This document shows, in pieces, positions 1-10,552 of a DNA stretch of 64,000 nucleotides. A program made the position numbers and the translations under genes. How positions within the stretch are numbered: the stretch's first letter is position 1; each line of letters starts with the position of its first letter. The DNA is from an uncultured Chloroflexia bacterium (GTDB lineage Bacteria; Chloroflexota; Anaerolineae; B4-G1; SLSP01): assembly GCA_963751345.1 (NCBI GenBank), contig CAVVUS010000047.1:64838-128837 (forward strand). Direction: 5' to 3'. The notes beneath the pieces were generated by a model that saw nothing but the letters and a program-made list of their open reading frames with translations, made no database searches and had not been told where the DNA came from.

Positions 1-2379
1 ACCTTCGTGACCTCCTTCACCGTTCCGGTGATCCCACCTTGGTCGGGTTATCCGAGCATTCGGGTGCAGGCCTTCGGCCCTGCAACCCAGGCCACGGTCA
101 ACGCTGTGCTGGAACTGACCCAGCCTACACCCGCCCCGACCGCGACACCGACCCCAACTCCGACTCCCGTGACGCCCACCCCCAGCCCCACACCGACCTT
201 CACGCCTGTCGTCCCGACGCCGGTGACCCCGGTGGCCTCGCCTACGCCCGTGATCACGGCGTGGCGCGGAGAGTATTACAACAATCCCTCGCTCGCGGGT
301 AGTCCTGCCGTCGTGCGGAACGACGCCATCCTGAGCTTCGACTGGGGTAACAATCCACCGGCTTCGGGAATCCTTGCGGACGGTTTCTCCGTGCGGTGGA
401 CGCGCACCGTCAATCTGCCCGCGGGTACCTACGACTTCTACGCGACCGCTGATGACGGCGTCCGCGTCTGGCTGGACGGCGAGCTGATCATTGACCAGTG
501 GCATGGCGCTCAGGCCGTGACCTACACGGCGGAGCGGACCCTTGGGGCAGGCGGTCACCAGTTCGTCGTCGCCTACTACGAGATCTGGGGCGAGGCGAGC
601 ATCCAGTTCTGGTGGGAGCGCCAGGGCGACTTCCCACAGTGGCGGGGTGAATACTACGCCAACGCCGACCTTAGCGGCTCTCCTGCTCTGACCCGCAACG
701 ACGTCGCCGTGAACTTCGATTGGGGCACGGGGGCACCTGCCGCCGGGCTGCCGATCGACAGGTTCTCCGTGCGCTGGACCCGCACGCTGGTCTTTGCGGC
801 GGGCACCTACCGCTTCCGGGTCCTGGTGGACGATGGCGCGCGCGTCTTCGTCGACGGGACGCAGGTCATCGACGCCTGGGCCAACGGCTCGGCGCGCGAG
901 GTGACCGGCGACATCTCCCTGGCCCAGGGGTACCATACCGTCCGTGTCGATTACTTCGAGGCCAGCGGCGACGCCGTGATGGAGCTGAGTTGGGAGCAGC
1001 GCAATGCCTATCCCGACTGGAAGGGCCAGTACTGGAACAACCGATCACTTCAGGGTCTGCCGCTCGTCGTTCGGAACGACACCAACCTCGACTTTGACTG
1101 GGGCACCGGCTCCCCGGATCCTCAGATCCCGGCGGACGGCTTTTCCGCTCGTTGGACGCGGGCGCTTGACTTTGCCACGGGAACCTATCGCTTCCACGTC
1201 GTCGTGGACGATGGCGCCCGGCTGTGGATCGACGACCGGCTGGTGATCGACGCGTGGCAGGACGGCGCGGCGCGCGAGCTGACCGGGGATATTCCCCTGG
1301 CCGCCGGGACCCATACGCTGCGGCTGGAGTACTACGAGAACGTGGGGCAGGCACGCATCCGCCTCTACTGGGAATCGGTGACGCCAAGCTTCCCTGACTG
1401 GAAGGGCGAATACTGGTCGAATCCGTCGCTGACGGGAACGCCAACCCTCGTGCGCAATGATCCCAAGATCGACTTTGACTGGGGAAGCGGCTCTCCCGAC
1501 ATCGGCTTGCCCAGCGACAACTTCTCGGCACGATGGAGCCGAACGGTGACGCTGGATGCCGGCGTCTACGAGTTCTCGGCGATTGCCGATGACGGCATTC
1601 GTATCTTCGTGGACGACAAGCCCGTGCTGAACGAGTGGCACGCCGGCTCCACCGACCACGTCTACCGGCAGGAGGTCTCGATTGCGGCAGGCCAGCACCT
1701 GATCGTGGTGGAGTACTACGAGGGTGGAGGGGACGCATCGGTGGTGGTGAGTTACCGGCGGCTGGGTGGTCTGCCGACGGCCACGGTCACGCCCTCGCCT
1801 ACGGTGCCTCCGACCACTACCGCGACGCCCACCGTCACGCCGACGCCCACACCGACCCCTACGCCAACGCAGACTCCCACGCCGACACCTACGTCGACGC
1901 CAACCTCAACCCCAACGCCCACGGAGACACCGCAGCCGACCCTCGAGCCCGACCTGGTGACGATTCGCATCAATGAGGTGATGCCGGAGCCCGCCAAGAT
2001 CGACTGGAACGGGGACGGTGTCGTAGATGAGGGCGACGCCTGGGTCGAGATCTACAATCCGACCGATGAGGCAGTCGACCTGAGCCTGTGGGTGCTGGAC
2101 GATGACGGCTCAGGCCAGATCGCCTACACCATCCCCAACGAGACGACGGTGGATCCTGATGGGTATCTGGTGCTCTTCAGCTCCGAGACGGGGCTTGCCC
2201 TGACGAAGGGCCATCTGAAGCTAATGAGGGGCAGCGTCGTCTTTGATGACGTCAAGCTGAAGCGGCTGATGCCCGACACGAGCCTGAGCCGCGATAGCGA
2301 TGGGCAATGGGAGGCCGGATGGCCTCCCACGCTAGCGGAGGCGAATCAGCGACCGGCTTTCCGGTCGTGGGCGCGGTGA
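1..2379 (+). CDS. Surface/secreted protein: 4 tandem PA14 domains, Pro/Thr-rich linkers, C-terminal lamin-tail (LTD) domain; 5'-truncated by window edge
   Basis: Four WRGEYY/WKGEYW...FDWG...FSVRW...(A/V)DDG..R repeats; PTPT linkers; IRINEVMPEP...WVEIYNPT LTD motif; frame open to position 1. Confidence 0.85.
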   Translation, partial: TFVTSFTVPVIPPWSGYPSIRVQAFGPATQATVNAVLELTQPTPAPTATPTPTPTPVTPTPSPTPTFTPVVPTPVTPVASPTPVITAWRGEYYNNPSLAGSPAVVRNDAILSFDWGNNPPASGILADGFSVRWTRTVNLPAGTYDFYATADDGVRVWLDGELIIDQWHGAQAVTYTAERTLGAGGHQFVVAYYEIWGEASIQFWWERQGDFPQWRGEYYANADLSGSPALTRNDVAVNFDWGTGAPAAGLPIDRFSVRWTRTLVFAAGTYRFRVLVDDGARVFVDGTQVIDAWANGSAREVTGDISLAQGYHTVRVDYFEASGDAVMELSWEQRNAYPDWKGQYWNNRSLQGLPLVVRNDTNLDFDWGTGSPDPQIPADGFSARWTRALDFATGTYRFHVVVDDGARLWIDDRLVIDAWQDGAARELTGDIPLAAGTHTLRLEYYENVGQARIRLYWESVTPSFPDWKGEYWSNPSLTGTPTLVRNDPKIDFDWGSGSPDIGLPSDNFSARWSRTVTLDAGVYEFSAIADDGIRIFVDDKPVLNEWHAGSTDHVYRQEVSIAAGQHLIVVEYYEGGGDASVVVSYRRLGGLPTATVTPSPTVPPTTTATPTVTPTPTPTPTPTQTPTPTPTSTPTSTPTPTETPQPTLEPDLVTIRINEVMPEPAKIDWNGDGVVDEGDAWVEIYNPTDEAVDLSLWVLDDDGSGQIAYTIPNETTVDPDGYLVLFSSETGLALTKGHLKLMRGSVVFDDVKLKRLMPDTSLSRDSDGQWEAGWPPTLAEANQRPAFRSWAR

Positions 2380-2716
2380 GTGAGACGCAGTGTCGTTGTC
2401 CGGGACGGCAGGGCGCTGCATCCGCGGGTGAGGGGCAGTGGGGAAGACGACCCGCCGGGTCGTCTCTACGGCAGAGCTGAGCGCTGTCGTCGTCTTCGGG
2501 GCCAGGAGGTTACCGCGTCCGCAGGTGAGGCGCAGCGCGGAAGACGACCCGCCGGGTCGTCTCTACGGCAGATCTGAGCGCTGTTGTCGGCTTCCGGGTC
2601 GGCAGGGCACCGCCGTCCGCAGGTGAGGCGAGCGCGAAGACGACCCGCCGGGTCGTCTCTACGGCAGATGTGAGCGCTGTCGGCGTCTTCCGGGTTAGCA
2701 GGCTACCGCGTCCGCC
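2376..2716. repeat. ~3.5 tandem units of 96-97 bp, each full unit carrying a GTAG-type REP palindrome
   Basis: GAAGACGACCCGCCGGGTCGTCTCTAC at 2443, 2540, 2636 (reverse strand GTAG-AGACGACCC-GGC-GGGTCGTCT); intervening sequence also similar. Confidence 0.85.
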
Positions 2717-5628
2717 GGGACCAGCGCCGGACGGACCTCCTGGGCATCGCCATCAAGGCTCTCCGCCGCCTCTGCCAGCACGGGGCGCAGATACTGGCCC
2801 GTGTAGCTTCCCTCACACGTCGCGACGACCTCAGGCGAGCCCTGGGCAATGATGTAGCCCCCGGCCTCGCCGCCCTCCGGCCCAAGGTCGATGATCCAGT
2901 CGGCCGTCTTCACGACGTCGAGGTTGTGCTCGACGACGATCACGGTGTTGCCCGCGTCGGTCAGCCGGTGCAGGACGTCGAGCAGCTTCTGGATGTCGGC
3001 GAAGTGCAGTCCGGTCGTCGGCTCGTCGAGAATGTAGAGCGTGCGGCCCGTTGCGACCCGGCTCAGCTCCTTCGCCAGCTTGACGCGCTGGGCCTCGCCG
3101 CCGCTGAGGGTCGTGGCGCTTTGGCCCAGCTTCACGTAGTCGAGCCCGACGTCGTGAAGTGTTTGCAGTTTGCGCATCAGTTTGGGGTGGGCCTCGAAGA
3201 AGACCATCGCCTCCTGAACGTCCATATCGAGCACGTCGGCGATGGACTTGTCCTTGTAGCGGATCTGCAGCGTCTCGCGGTTATACCGCGTGCCGCCGCA
3301 CTCCTTGCACGTCACCCAGACGTCGGGCAGAAAGTGCATCTGCACGCGCTTCTGCCCGTGGCCCTTGCACGACTCGCAGCGCCCACCCTTGACGTTGAAG
3401 CTGAAACGCCCGGCACCGTAGCCGCGCATCTTCGCCTCCGGCGTGGATGCGAAGACGATGCGGATCTCGTTGAAGAGCCCGATGTACGTCGCGGGATTCG
3501 ATCGCGGCGTCCGGCCGATCGGGTCCTGGGTGATCATAATCACCTTGTCCAGGTGCTCCAGGCCATCGATGCCCTCCAACGGGCCCGGCCTGGTATCCGC
3601 CCGGTTCAGATCGCGCGCCAGCGCGGGATGGAGTGTCTCCGCCACCAGGCTGCTCTTGCCGCTGCCGCTCACGCCCGTCACGCACGTCATCACGCCCAGC
3701 GGGAAGCGGACGTCGATGTGCTTCAGGTTGTGCAGGCTCGCGCCCCGCAGCACGAGGCTTCCGTTCTGGGGCAGCCTGCGGACTTCGGTGGGGTTTACGA
3801 CGCTGAGCTCGCCGCTCAGGTAGCGCCCGGTGAGCGAGGCCGGATTGGCGCGGATCGCGTCGGGCGTGCCCTCTGCGACAATCTCACCGCCCAAGATGCC
3901 TGCGCCCGGCCCCAGGTCGACGATCCAGTCGGCCGTCTCCATCGTCTCGGCGTCGTGCTCGACCACCAATACGGTGTTGCCCATGTCGCGCAGCTCCAGC
4001 AGCGTCTCCAGCAGCGCCCGGTTATCGCGGGCGTGGAGCCCGATCGAGGGCTCGTCGAGGATGTACAGTACACCTACCAGGCCGCACCCGATCTGGCTTG
4101 CCAGGCGGATACGCTGCGACTCACCGCCCGACAGCGATGGGGCCGAACGGTCGAGGGTCAGGTAGTGCAGCCCCACGTTGAGCATGAACTGCAGCCGGTC
4201 GCGGATCTCCTTGAGGATCTCCTCGGCGATCTGCTGTTGTTCGGCGTCAAGCGTGGCGTAGAGGTGGGTGACCCAATCGTGGGCGTCATCGATGGTCATC
4301 GCGCCTAGTTCCACCAGCGTTCGGCCGCCCACCGTCACGCCCTGCGCCTCGGGGCGCAATCGGGCCCCGCCGCAGACCGAGCACGGCTGTTCGCTCATGA
4401 AGCTCTGATACCAGCGGCGCGTATAATCCGATCGGGTTTGGTTGAAGAGCCGGTTGATGTGATAGATGATGCCCTGGACCGGTCGATAGCTCTTGCCGGA
4501 CCACGAGCTGTCCTTGCCCTCCGCGTGGTATTCGAAGTGAACCCGTTCGTCACCGGATCCGCGGATGATGACGTCCCGGAAGTGCTGGGGCAGCTCGCTC
4601 CAGGGCTGATCGAGGTCGACGCCGTAGTGCCCGGCGATGGACGTCAGTTGGCTGATCTGCCACGTCCGCTTCTTCTTGCGCAGATCGCCGTACCACCGCA
4701 GCGCGCCATCCAACACCGAGAGGGTGGGGTCCTGGACAATCAGCGATGGGTCGACTTCCAGCTTGGTGCCCAGCCCGTTGCACTCCGGGCACATCCCGAT
4801 CGGTGAGTTGAAGCTGAAGAGCTGGGGGGTCAGCTCCGGGAAGCTGATCCCGCAGTGCGCGCAGGCGTGGTGCTCGCTGAAGAGCAGCTCACCGTTCCCC
4901 GCGATCTCGATCAGCAGACTGCCCTCTCCCACCTTGAGCGCCGTTTCCACCGAATCCATCAGCCGCGTCGCGAAGTCCTCATCGGCTTGCTCGGGTACCA
5001 CCAGCCGGTCCACGACGACTTCGATCGTGTGCTGCTTGGTCTTGGCCAGCTTGATGCTGCTGTCCAGCTCCACGGGCACGCCATCGACACGCGCGCGGAG
5101 GTAGCCGTCGCGGCGAAGCTGGGCCAGCAGGTTACGATGGGTGCCCTTACGCTGTTTGACCAGCGGGGCGAGGATCTGAAAGCGCATGCCGGGGTCGAGC
5201 TGCTCGATCTGGCCCGCAATCTGCTGCGCGCTCTGCGCCTGGACCAGGCGCCCGCAGGTCGGACAGTGCATCTCGCCAATGCGCGCAAAGAGGATCCGCA
5301 GGTAGTCCATCACCTCGGTCACGGTCCCCACCGTCGACCTGGGATTCTTGCTCACGGCTTTCTGCTCGATGGCAATCGCCGGGCTCAGGCCACCGATGTA
5401 GTCGACCTTGGGCTTCTCCGTCTGCCGCAGGAACTGGCGGATGAACGATGAGAGGCTCTCGACGTACCGCCGCTGGCCCTCGGCATAGATAGTATCGAAG
5501 GCCAGCGATGACTTTCCGCTGCCACTGACGCCCGTCAGAACGACGAGCTTGTTGCGTGGGATGGCGACATCGATGTGCTTCAGGTTGTGCTGTTGCGCGC
5601 CGCGAATCGTGATCTGCTGAGGTTCCAT
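2695..5628 (-). CDS. uvrA: Excinuclease ABC subunit A
   Basis: [12 protein letters not shown], two GVSGSGKSS Walker A motifs, LSGGE signatures, Zn-finger CxxC pairs; ATG at 5628. Confidence 0.97.
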   Translation of the reverse strand: MEPQQITIRGAQQHNLKHIDVAIPRNKLVVLTGVSGSGKSSLAFDTIYAEGQRRYVESLSSFIRQFLRQTEKPKVDYIGGLSPAIAIEQKAVSKNPRSTVGTVTEVMDYLRILFARIGEMHCPTCGRLVQAQSAQQIAGQIEQLDPGMRFQILAPLVKQRKGTHRNLLAQLRRDGYLRARVDGVPVELDSSIKLAKTKQHTIEVVVDRLVVPEQADEDFATRLMDSVETALKVGEGSLLIEIAGNGELLFSEHHACAHCGISFPELTPQLFSFNSPIGMCPECNGLGTKLEVDPSLIVQDPTLSVLDGALRWYGDLRKKKRTWQISQLTSIAGHYGVDLDQPWSELPQHFRDVIIRGSGDERVHFEYHAEGKDSSWSGKSYRPVQGIIYHINRLFNQTRSDYTRRWYQSFMSEQPCSVCGGARLRPEAQGVTVGGRTLVELGAMTIDDAHDWVTHLYATLDAEQQQIAEEILKEIRDRLQFMLNVGLHYLTLDRSAPSLSGGESQRIRLASQIGCGLVGVLYILDEPSIGLHARDNRALLETLLELRDMGNTVLVVEHDAETMETADWIVDLGPGAGILGGEIVAEGTPDAIRANPASLTGRYLSGELSVVNPTEVRRLPQNGSLVLRGASLHNLKHIDVRFPLGVMTCVTGVSGSGKSSLVAETLHPALARDLNRADTRPGPLEGIDGLEHLDKVIMITQDPIGRTPRSNPATYIGLFNEIRIVFASTPEAKMRGYGAGRFSFNVKGGRCESCKGHGQKRVQMHFLPDVWVTCKECGGTRYNRETLQIRYKDKSIADVLDMDVQEAMVFFEAHPKLMRKLQTLHDVGLDYVKLGQSATTLSGGEAQRVKLAKELSRVATGRTLYILDEPTTGLHFADIQKLLDVLHRLTDAGNTVIVVEHNLDVVKTADWIIDLGPEGGEAGGYIIAQGSPEVVATCEGSYTGQYLRPVLAEAAESLDGDAQEVRPALVPADAVAC

Positions 5629-5650
5629 ACCTTGTCCTTGGTCACAGGAT

Positions 5651-5664
5651 CGAACAAACATTCT
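5651..5664. promoter_or_regulatory. LexA (SOS) box, GAAC-N4-GTTC type
   Basis: CGAACAAACATTCT (one mismatch to GAAC-N4-GTTC) about 22 nt upstream of the uvrA start. Confidence 0.75.
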
Positions 5665-5704
5665 AACTATGGTAAGACAAGAATATGTCAGATCGTGACA
5701 GGTA

Positions 5705-5750
5705 ACCTTCCGGGTTGCGCGCCGCCGACGGCGTGAGCAGCCCGGAAGGT
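5705..5750. repeat. Inverted-repeat (REP-like) element, ACCTTCCGGGTTG family
   Basis: ACCTTCCGGGTTGC...GCAGCCCGGAAGGT; second copy at 7590-7634. Confidence 0.7.
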
Positions 5751-5755
5751 CGGAT

Positions 5756-6607
5756 TCACAGTCGCGCGATGATCTCGCTCCGGCGGAAGGTGCGCACGGC
5801 GAACCAGAGGATCACCGCATCCACAACCCATAGCACCAGCCCCACCAGGAAGACGAAGATCGGGCTCAGGTAGACCACGCCACCGATCTGCCCCAGAATG
5901 AGCAGCACGACCGGGATCACGACCATCGACCCGAACTGGTATGCATCCTGGAACGTGCTCACCTTCGTCGACACCAAGATCATCGTCCCCAGCCCCAGAG
6001 CGGCGGCTGCGGGCGATAGCCAGACGATCAGCACGATCCACATGGCGTTGGGGATGAAGATCTGGTGCATCGTCGACCACGCAGATAGGTTCGCCACGGC
6101 TGCGTACAGCACGGCCCCAACGAGGCTGACGAGTATCGCCGGTACCAACGCGCTGAGCATCTTGCCCAACACGAGCTCAGCATCGGTGGCCGGCGTGTAG
6201 AGGAGCGCTTCCAGCGTCCGTCGTTCCTTCTCCCCTGCGAAGCTGCCCGCCGCAATGGTGCTGGCCGTCATCATCGGGAGGATCAGGAAGAGCGGGGCGA
6301 ACATGTAGACGAGCACGAAGACGACCATCGTCTGGCTCTCGTTGTAGCCTGCGAACTGCTGCGCCATCGGACGGGGCATCATCTCGAAGAAGCGCTGGAG
6401 ATCCTGCAGGTCACTGGCATTGTTCGCCTTCGGGATCAGGATGCCGACGGCCGCCGGCATGAGCACGAGAAGGATGAGCGGAACGAGGATGATGGGCAGC
6501 ATGATACTGCGGCTGCGGGTGACCAGCATCAAGTCGCGCTTGGCAATCGTTCTCACGGTGCGCCAATCCAGCTTCGATGTCGGGCGTACGCCCGGTTCCG
6601 TATTCAT
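5756..6607 (-). CDS. ABC-2 type exporter permease
   Basis: Multiple TM helices; SFAGEKERRTLEALLYTP motif; overlaps ATPase stop. Confidence 0.9.
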   Translation of the reverse strand: MNTEPGVRPTSKLDWRTVRTIAKRDLMLVTRSRSIMLPIILVPLILLVLMPAAVGILIPKANNASDLQDLQRFFEMMPRPMAQQFAGYNESQTMVVFVLVYMFAPLFLILPMMTASTIAAGSFAGEKERRTLEALLYTPATDAELVLGKMLSALVPAILVSLVGAVLYAAVANLSAWSTMHQIFIPNAMWIVLIVWLSPAAAALGLGTMILVSTKVSTFQDAYQFGSMVVIPVVLLILGQIGGVVYLSPIFVFLVGLVLWVVDAVILWFAVRTFRRSEIIARL

Positions 6608-7566
6608 TGTTTTGCCCCATTTCTGTCTTGGATGGCAAAGTAGACATCCTCCAAGGTGGGTTCGACGGGGCTCACACGGTAGATCCGCGTCCCGGCAGCG
6701 ACCAGGGCGGCAACCAGGTCAGGGATTGTCTCTGACGTGGGCAACCACACCGTCGCCACGTGGTCCGCCTCACTCCAGGTCATCTCGCGAGCTTCCGGCG
6801 GGAGGCTTGGGTCTGCCAGCGCGCCCGCCGGCGGCTGTGAGGCCGTCGCGATCTGCAGCCGCACGCCCTTCTGCAAGTCGCGTGCCAGGGCCTCCGGCGT
6901 CCCCAGGGCGACCAGGCGGCCGTGGTCCATCACGCCCACACGGTCGCAGAGCTTCTGGGCTTCCACCAGGTCGTGCGTGCAGAGGAAGACCGTTCGCCCA
7001 TCCCCACGGCTGAACTGTCTGATTAGTTCGTGGACATCGCGCTGCCCCACCGGATCCAGGCTCGCGGTGGGCTCGTCCAGGAAGAGCAACTGGGGATCGT
7101 GGACCAGCGTCCTGGTGAGGGCCAGGCGCTGGCGCATGCCCTTGCTGTAGCCACCCACCGGCTCGTCGGCCCGCTCGCCGAGCCCGAACTCGTCCAGGAG
7201 CTGGGGCACGCGATCGGCAAGAGTGTCGTCGCCCACGCCGTATAGCTCTCCGTAGATCGTCAGCATCTCCCTCGCCGTCAGCCTGTCGTCGAGCGAGGGG
7301 GACTCGGTCAGCACGCCGGTCTGCCGCCGCAGCGCAGGACCGTCGGTCAGCGGGTCGAGACCCAGGACGTCGATGGACCCGGCGGAAGGTCCCAGGATGC
7401 CATTAAGGAGGCGGACAGTGGTGGTCTTGCCGGCACCGTTATGGCCGAGGAAGCCGAAGACCTCGCCTTTGTCGACCTCCAGCGTGAGGCCGTCGACCGC
7501 CAGGACGTCGCCGAACCGGCGTGAAAGGTCGTGAGTCTGGATGATAGATGTGCTGGACAACCCCAA
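6604..7566 (-). CDS. ABC exporter ATP-binding protein
   Basis: GHNGAGKTT, YSKGMRQR, FLDEP, THDL. Confidence 0.93.
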   Translation of the reverse strand: MGLSSTSIIQTHDLSRRFGDVLAVDGLTLEVDKGEVFGFLGHNGAGKTTTVRLLNGILGPSAGSIDVLGLDPLTDGPALRRQTGVLTESPSLDDRLTAREMLTIYGELYGVGDDTLADRVPQLLDEFGLGERADEPVGGYSKGMRQRLALTRTLVHDPQLLFLDEPTASLDPVGQRDVHELIRQFSRGDGRTVFLCTHDLVEAQKLCDRVGVMDHGRLVALGTPEALARDLQKGVRLQIATASQPPAGALADPSLPPEAREMTWSEADHVATVWLPTSETIPDLVAALVAAGTRIYRVSPVEPTLEDVYFAIQDRNGAKQ

Positions 7567-7589
7567 TCCTTTCTACCTGAGCCGGCTTG

Positions 7590-7634
7590 ACCTTCCGGGT
7601 TGTGCATCCTTTGGCGTCGGGCAACCCGGAAGGT
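7590..7634. repeat. Inverted-repeat (REP-like) element, ACCTTCCGGGTTG family
   Basis: ACCTTCCGGGTTG...CAACCCGGAAGGT perfect 13-bp arms. Confidence 0.7.
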
Positions 7635-7645
7635 AGCCTAGAGAG

Positions 7646-7870
7646 CTAGAAGATGCTGCGAATCATCAGCATGAAGCCGAAGATGATCAAGGGAATCCCC
7701 ACGACCGCACCGACGATCGTCACGGTCAGTATGACACCCACCACCATCAGCACCAGCCCCAGCACGGCTGCGACCAGACGACCGGTCAGCTTCAGGATCC
7801 ACGCAATGAGATCCCACAGTGCGACGAAGGGCCACAATATCCAGGGTGTACGCTTTCTGTTCTCTGCCAT
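7646..7870 (-). CDS. Small membrane protein
   Basis: GGAGG RBS; amphipathic helix followed by hydrophobic hairpin (TIVGAVVGIPLIIFG). Confidence 0.8.
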   Translation of the reverse strand: MAENRKRTPWILWPFVALWDLIAWILKLTGRLVAAVLGLVLMVVGVILTVTIVGAVVGIPLIIFGFMLMIRSIF

Positions 7871-7922
7871 TTCCATCCTCCCGTGAAACGTAATGATCTT
7901 ACACAGTTACTGCAGAAGATAG

Positions 7923-7949
7923 TACGTTCAAAGGATCGGCGGAGTTGCA
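7923..7949 (-). promoter_or_regulatory. Putative ECF (SigW-like) promoter
   Basis: TGCAAC-N17-CGTA on minus strand; same motif at 15845-15870. Confidence 0.55.
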
Positions 7950-7982
7950 CGAACGCGTCGAGTCTGCAACACCGATCCGCTG

Positions 7983-10367
7983 CTAGTTCGCCATAGGTCG
8001 CCCTGTAGGGATGGCTCGGTCGCCGGATACATGCGCCGGCTGCATCTGCGTACGCCAGACCGCCGTGATCGTCGTGCCCTCTCCGGGGGCGCTGGCAACG
8101 TCCAGCGTCGCGCCGATCGCCGCCGACCGTTCGTGCATGATCCGCAGCCCCAGATTGTCCGGCAAGAGTTGGTCGGGATGAAATCCCACCCCGTCGTCAC
8201 ACACACACAGACGAGCGGTCTCGCCGTCGTAGCGCAACGTCACGTTGACCTGGGTCGCGTTGGCGTGCTTGGCGATGTTGTTGAGTGCCTCCTGCGCGAT
8301 CCGGTAGAAGGCAACTTTCACGTTCACCGGAAGCTCGTCGCGGGACTGGGCATCGACCACGACCGGCACCCGCGCCCGCCCGACGATGGCCTCGCCGAGT
8401 TGGTGGAGCAACTCACCGATGGGCGTGTCGAGCAGTGCCTTTGGCCTCAACTCCAGCAGCAGCGTCCGCATCTCGGCCAGGGCGCCACGCGTCAGGTCGC
8501 GCAGCTCGTCGACCCGATGGTCGGCCTCCTCGGGGTTGACCTTCCACAGCTGTGGCAGGACATCGGCAATGATGCTGGCCGAGAAGAGCGTCTGCGTCAC
8601 CGCATCGTGGAGCTCGCGCGCCAGACGCTGCCGCTCCTCAAGCGTCGCGGCCTGCTGTGCCTGCTCATACAGGCGGGCGTTCTGAATGGCTGACGCCGCG
8701 CGCTGTGCCAGCGCCAGGATCAACCGGACATCCTCCTCGCCGAAGGCATGCGGCTCGCCGTAGCTGACGTTGAAGACGCCGAAGACCTCATCGTCCAACA
8801 TGATGGGCACGTGGACGAACGAGCGGATCCCTTCCGGATACGTGATCTGCCAGTCCACGCGCCGGTCGGCCGTGGTGTCCTGGACGGTGACAGGGTGACC
8901 CTCAGCCGCGACCTTGCCGACGAGGCCCTGGCCCGGTGCGTAGGCCAGTCGCTCCAGCGTCTCCGGGCGGAAGCCTCGTGATGCTCCCGGGTGAAGGTGG
9001 GTGTGCGCCTCGTTCCACACCAGCAGCAGGCTCTTGTCGGCCTTTAGCGTATCCACAGCGACGTCGACGAGCGTTGCCAGCACCCCATCCACATCCAGGT
9101 GAAGGTAGAGCTCCTGGTCGGCGTGGTAGAGCGCCTCAACCTGCATCGTCCGCCGGGCCGCCTCGGAGAAGAGCCGGGCGTTATCGAGCGCGATAGAGGC
9201 CAACCGTGCGAAGCCATCGAGCAGCCGCACTTCACGATCCCCGAACTTGCGGCCCGACGCGCCGGTATAGGCGAGGCCGATGGCGCCGACGATCTGCCCA
9301 CCGGATTTCAGCGGAACCCCCATCACGGCCTGGATCAGCTTGTCCTGTACGCCCGGTATCGACACCCGGCCCGTCCATGTGCCGTAGTCGTTCACAAGGA
9401 GCGGCTGGCCGGTCTCCCAGACGTGACCTGCAAGCCCCTGTCCGCGTTCCAGCGTGAACCCGATGGACTGGGCGTAGAATCCCACGCCGACCTTGCGCTC
9501 CATCACGTTCTTTGCGGGATTCACCAAGTAGATGTAGCCGTGCTCGGTCCCCAACATCTGAGCGGCGCGGATGACGACCGCTTCCAGGAGATCGGCCGTA
9601 TCCAGCCGGTTCATCAGGGCCAGGCTCGTCTCGTGAAGCGCGGCGAGGTACTCGTTGTGTTGGCGAAGCTCCTCCTCGGCCCTCCGGCGTTCGGTGACCT
9701 CGGCCATCAGGAGATGGTATGCCCGTTCGAACTCGCCGCTGACGCTGCGCCTGATGGATACGACCAGGAAAACGCCGAAGACCAGTAACAGGGCGCCGAT
9801 ACCGACGGTCAGTGTCTGCGAGGTCCGCTGCAGCTCCAGTGCCTGATCGATGCCTGCGTAGAACTCCCGCTCCTTGACGGTGTAGAGTGTCTCCGTCTGG
9901 CTATCCAGCAATCCAAGCACGTTGTCCAGTTGATCGGAAGTGGTCCGGAACTGGATCTCGGTCGGATTGGACGCCAACCGCCCGATCTCGTAGTCGAAGT
10001 GATCCAGCAGCATCTCCAGGTTGCGGAGATCACTCGAGACCTGGGGGGTGTTGGAGGACTCCGCGCGGGCCAGTTCGATCTGTCGTTCAAGGTTGTCACG
10101 CAGCGTCCGGAGCGAGGAAAGATCCGGCGACCGATCTCGCAGAACTCGGTTCGTCTCAACGTGGAGCTCGATGACGTCCCGCTGCACGTTGGCGAGGTTG
10201 GTGAGCACATAGGCGGACTGGAAGGAGGCCGCCGTGTTGATGTTGATGTAGGCGAGCACCACGACACCGGCGAGCGCGACGACCAGGAGAATCAGGGTCA
10301 CCGCCAGAATCGTCTGCCCCCGCGACAACAGGGGGCGTACGGCCGAGAGCCGGGATCTTCGTCGCAT
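7983..10367 (-). CDS. Membrane sensor histidine kinase with 2 GAF domains, HisKA_3 (NarX/LiaS type)
   Basis: 2 TMs; two GAF ends (IALDNARLF, SAIQNARLY); ERQRLARELHDAVTQ; QEALNNIAKH; DDGVGF. Confidence 0.92.
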   Translation of the reverse strand: MRRRSRLSAVRPLLSRGQTILAVTLILLVVALAGVVVLAYININTAASFQSAYVLTNLANVQRDVIELHVETNRVLRDRSPDLSSLRTLRDNLERQIELARAESSNTPQVSSDLRNLEMLLDHFDYEIGRLASNPTEIQFRTTSDQLDNVLGLLDSQTETLYTVKEREFYAGIDQALELQRTSQTLTVGIGALLLVFGVFLVVSIRRSVSGEFERAYHLLMAEVTERRRAEEELRQHNEYLAALHETSLALMNRLDTADLLEAVVIRAAQMLGTEHGYIYLVNPAKNVMERKVGVGFYAQSIGFTLERGQGLAGHVWETGQPLLVNDYGTWTGRVSIPGVQDKLIQAVMGVPLKSGGQIVGAIGLAYTGASGRKFGDREVRLLDGFARLASIALDNARLFSEAARRTMQVEALYHADQELYLHLDVDGVLATLVDVAVDTLKADKSLLLVWNEAHTHLHPGASRGFRPETLERLAYAPGQGLVGKVAAEGHPVTVQDTTADRRVDWQITYPEGIRSFVHVPIMLDDEVFGVFNVSYGEPHAFGEEDVRLILALAQRAASAIQNARLYEQAQQAATLEERQRLARELHDAVTQTLFSASIIADVLPQLWKVNPEEADHRVDELRDLTRGALAEMRTLLLELRPKALLDTPIGELLHQLGEAIVGRARVPVVVDAQSRDELPVNVKVAFYRIAQEALNNIAKHANATQVNVTLRYDGETARLCVCDDGVGFHPDQLLPDNLGLRIMHERSAAIGATLDVASAPGEGTTITAVWRTQMQPAHVSGDRAIPTGRPMAN

Positions 10368-10552
10368 CCTTCTCACCTTGAGGTGCCTCGCTGCCTAGTG
10401 TACCACGGAACCTCCGCTCGCGTATCTTCTGGAGAGATCCCTGCAACCTTTGCCGGGGTGTCACCCGGCCGTCTGATACCAGAGCGCGCACGACGGAACT
10501 TCGTCGTGCGCGCTCCTGGCACCTCAAGCGGTGTAACAACCGTGCTGCAAAG

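Noticed and set aside
1780-1940. Tandem DNA repeat or VNTR
   Set aside because: Degenerate codons of a Pro/Thr protein linker
2443-2662. CRISPR-like array (3 identical 27-bp palindromic repeats)
   Set aside because: Spacers are ~70 bp and similar to each other; GTAG REP signature; no cas genes
2926-4308. Long antisense or alternate-frame ORFs (also 11238-12404, 27669-28850, 50602-51861, 60877-62142)
   Set aside because: Shadow ORFs of high-GC coding strands with no recognisable motifs
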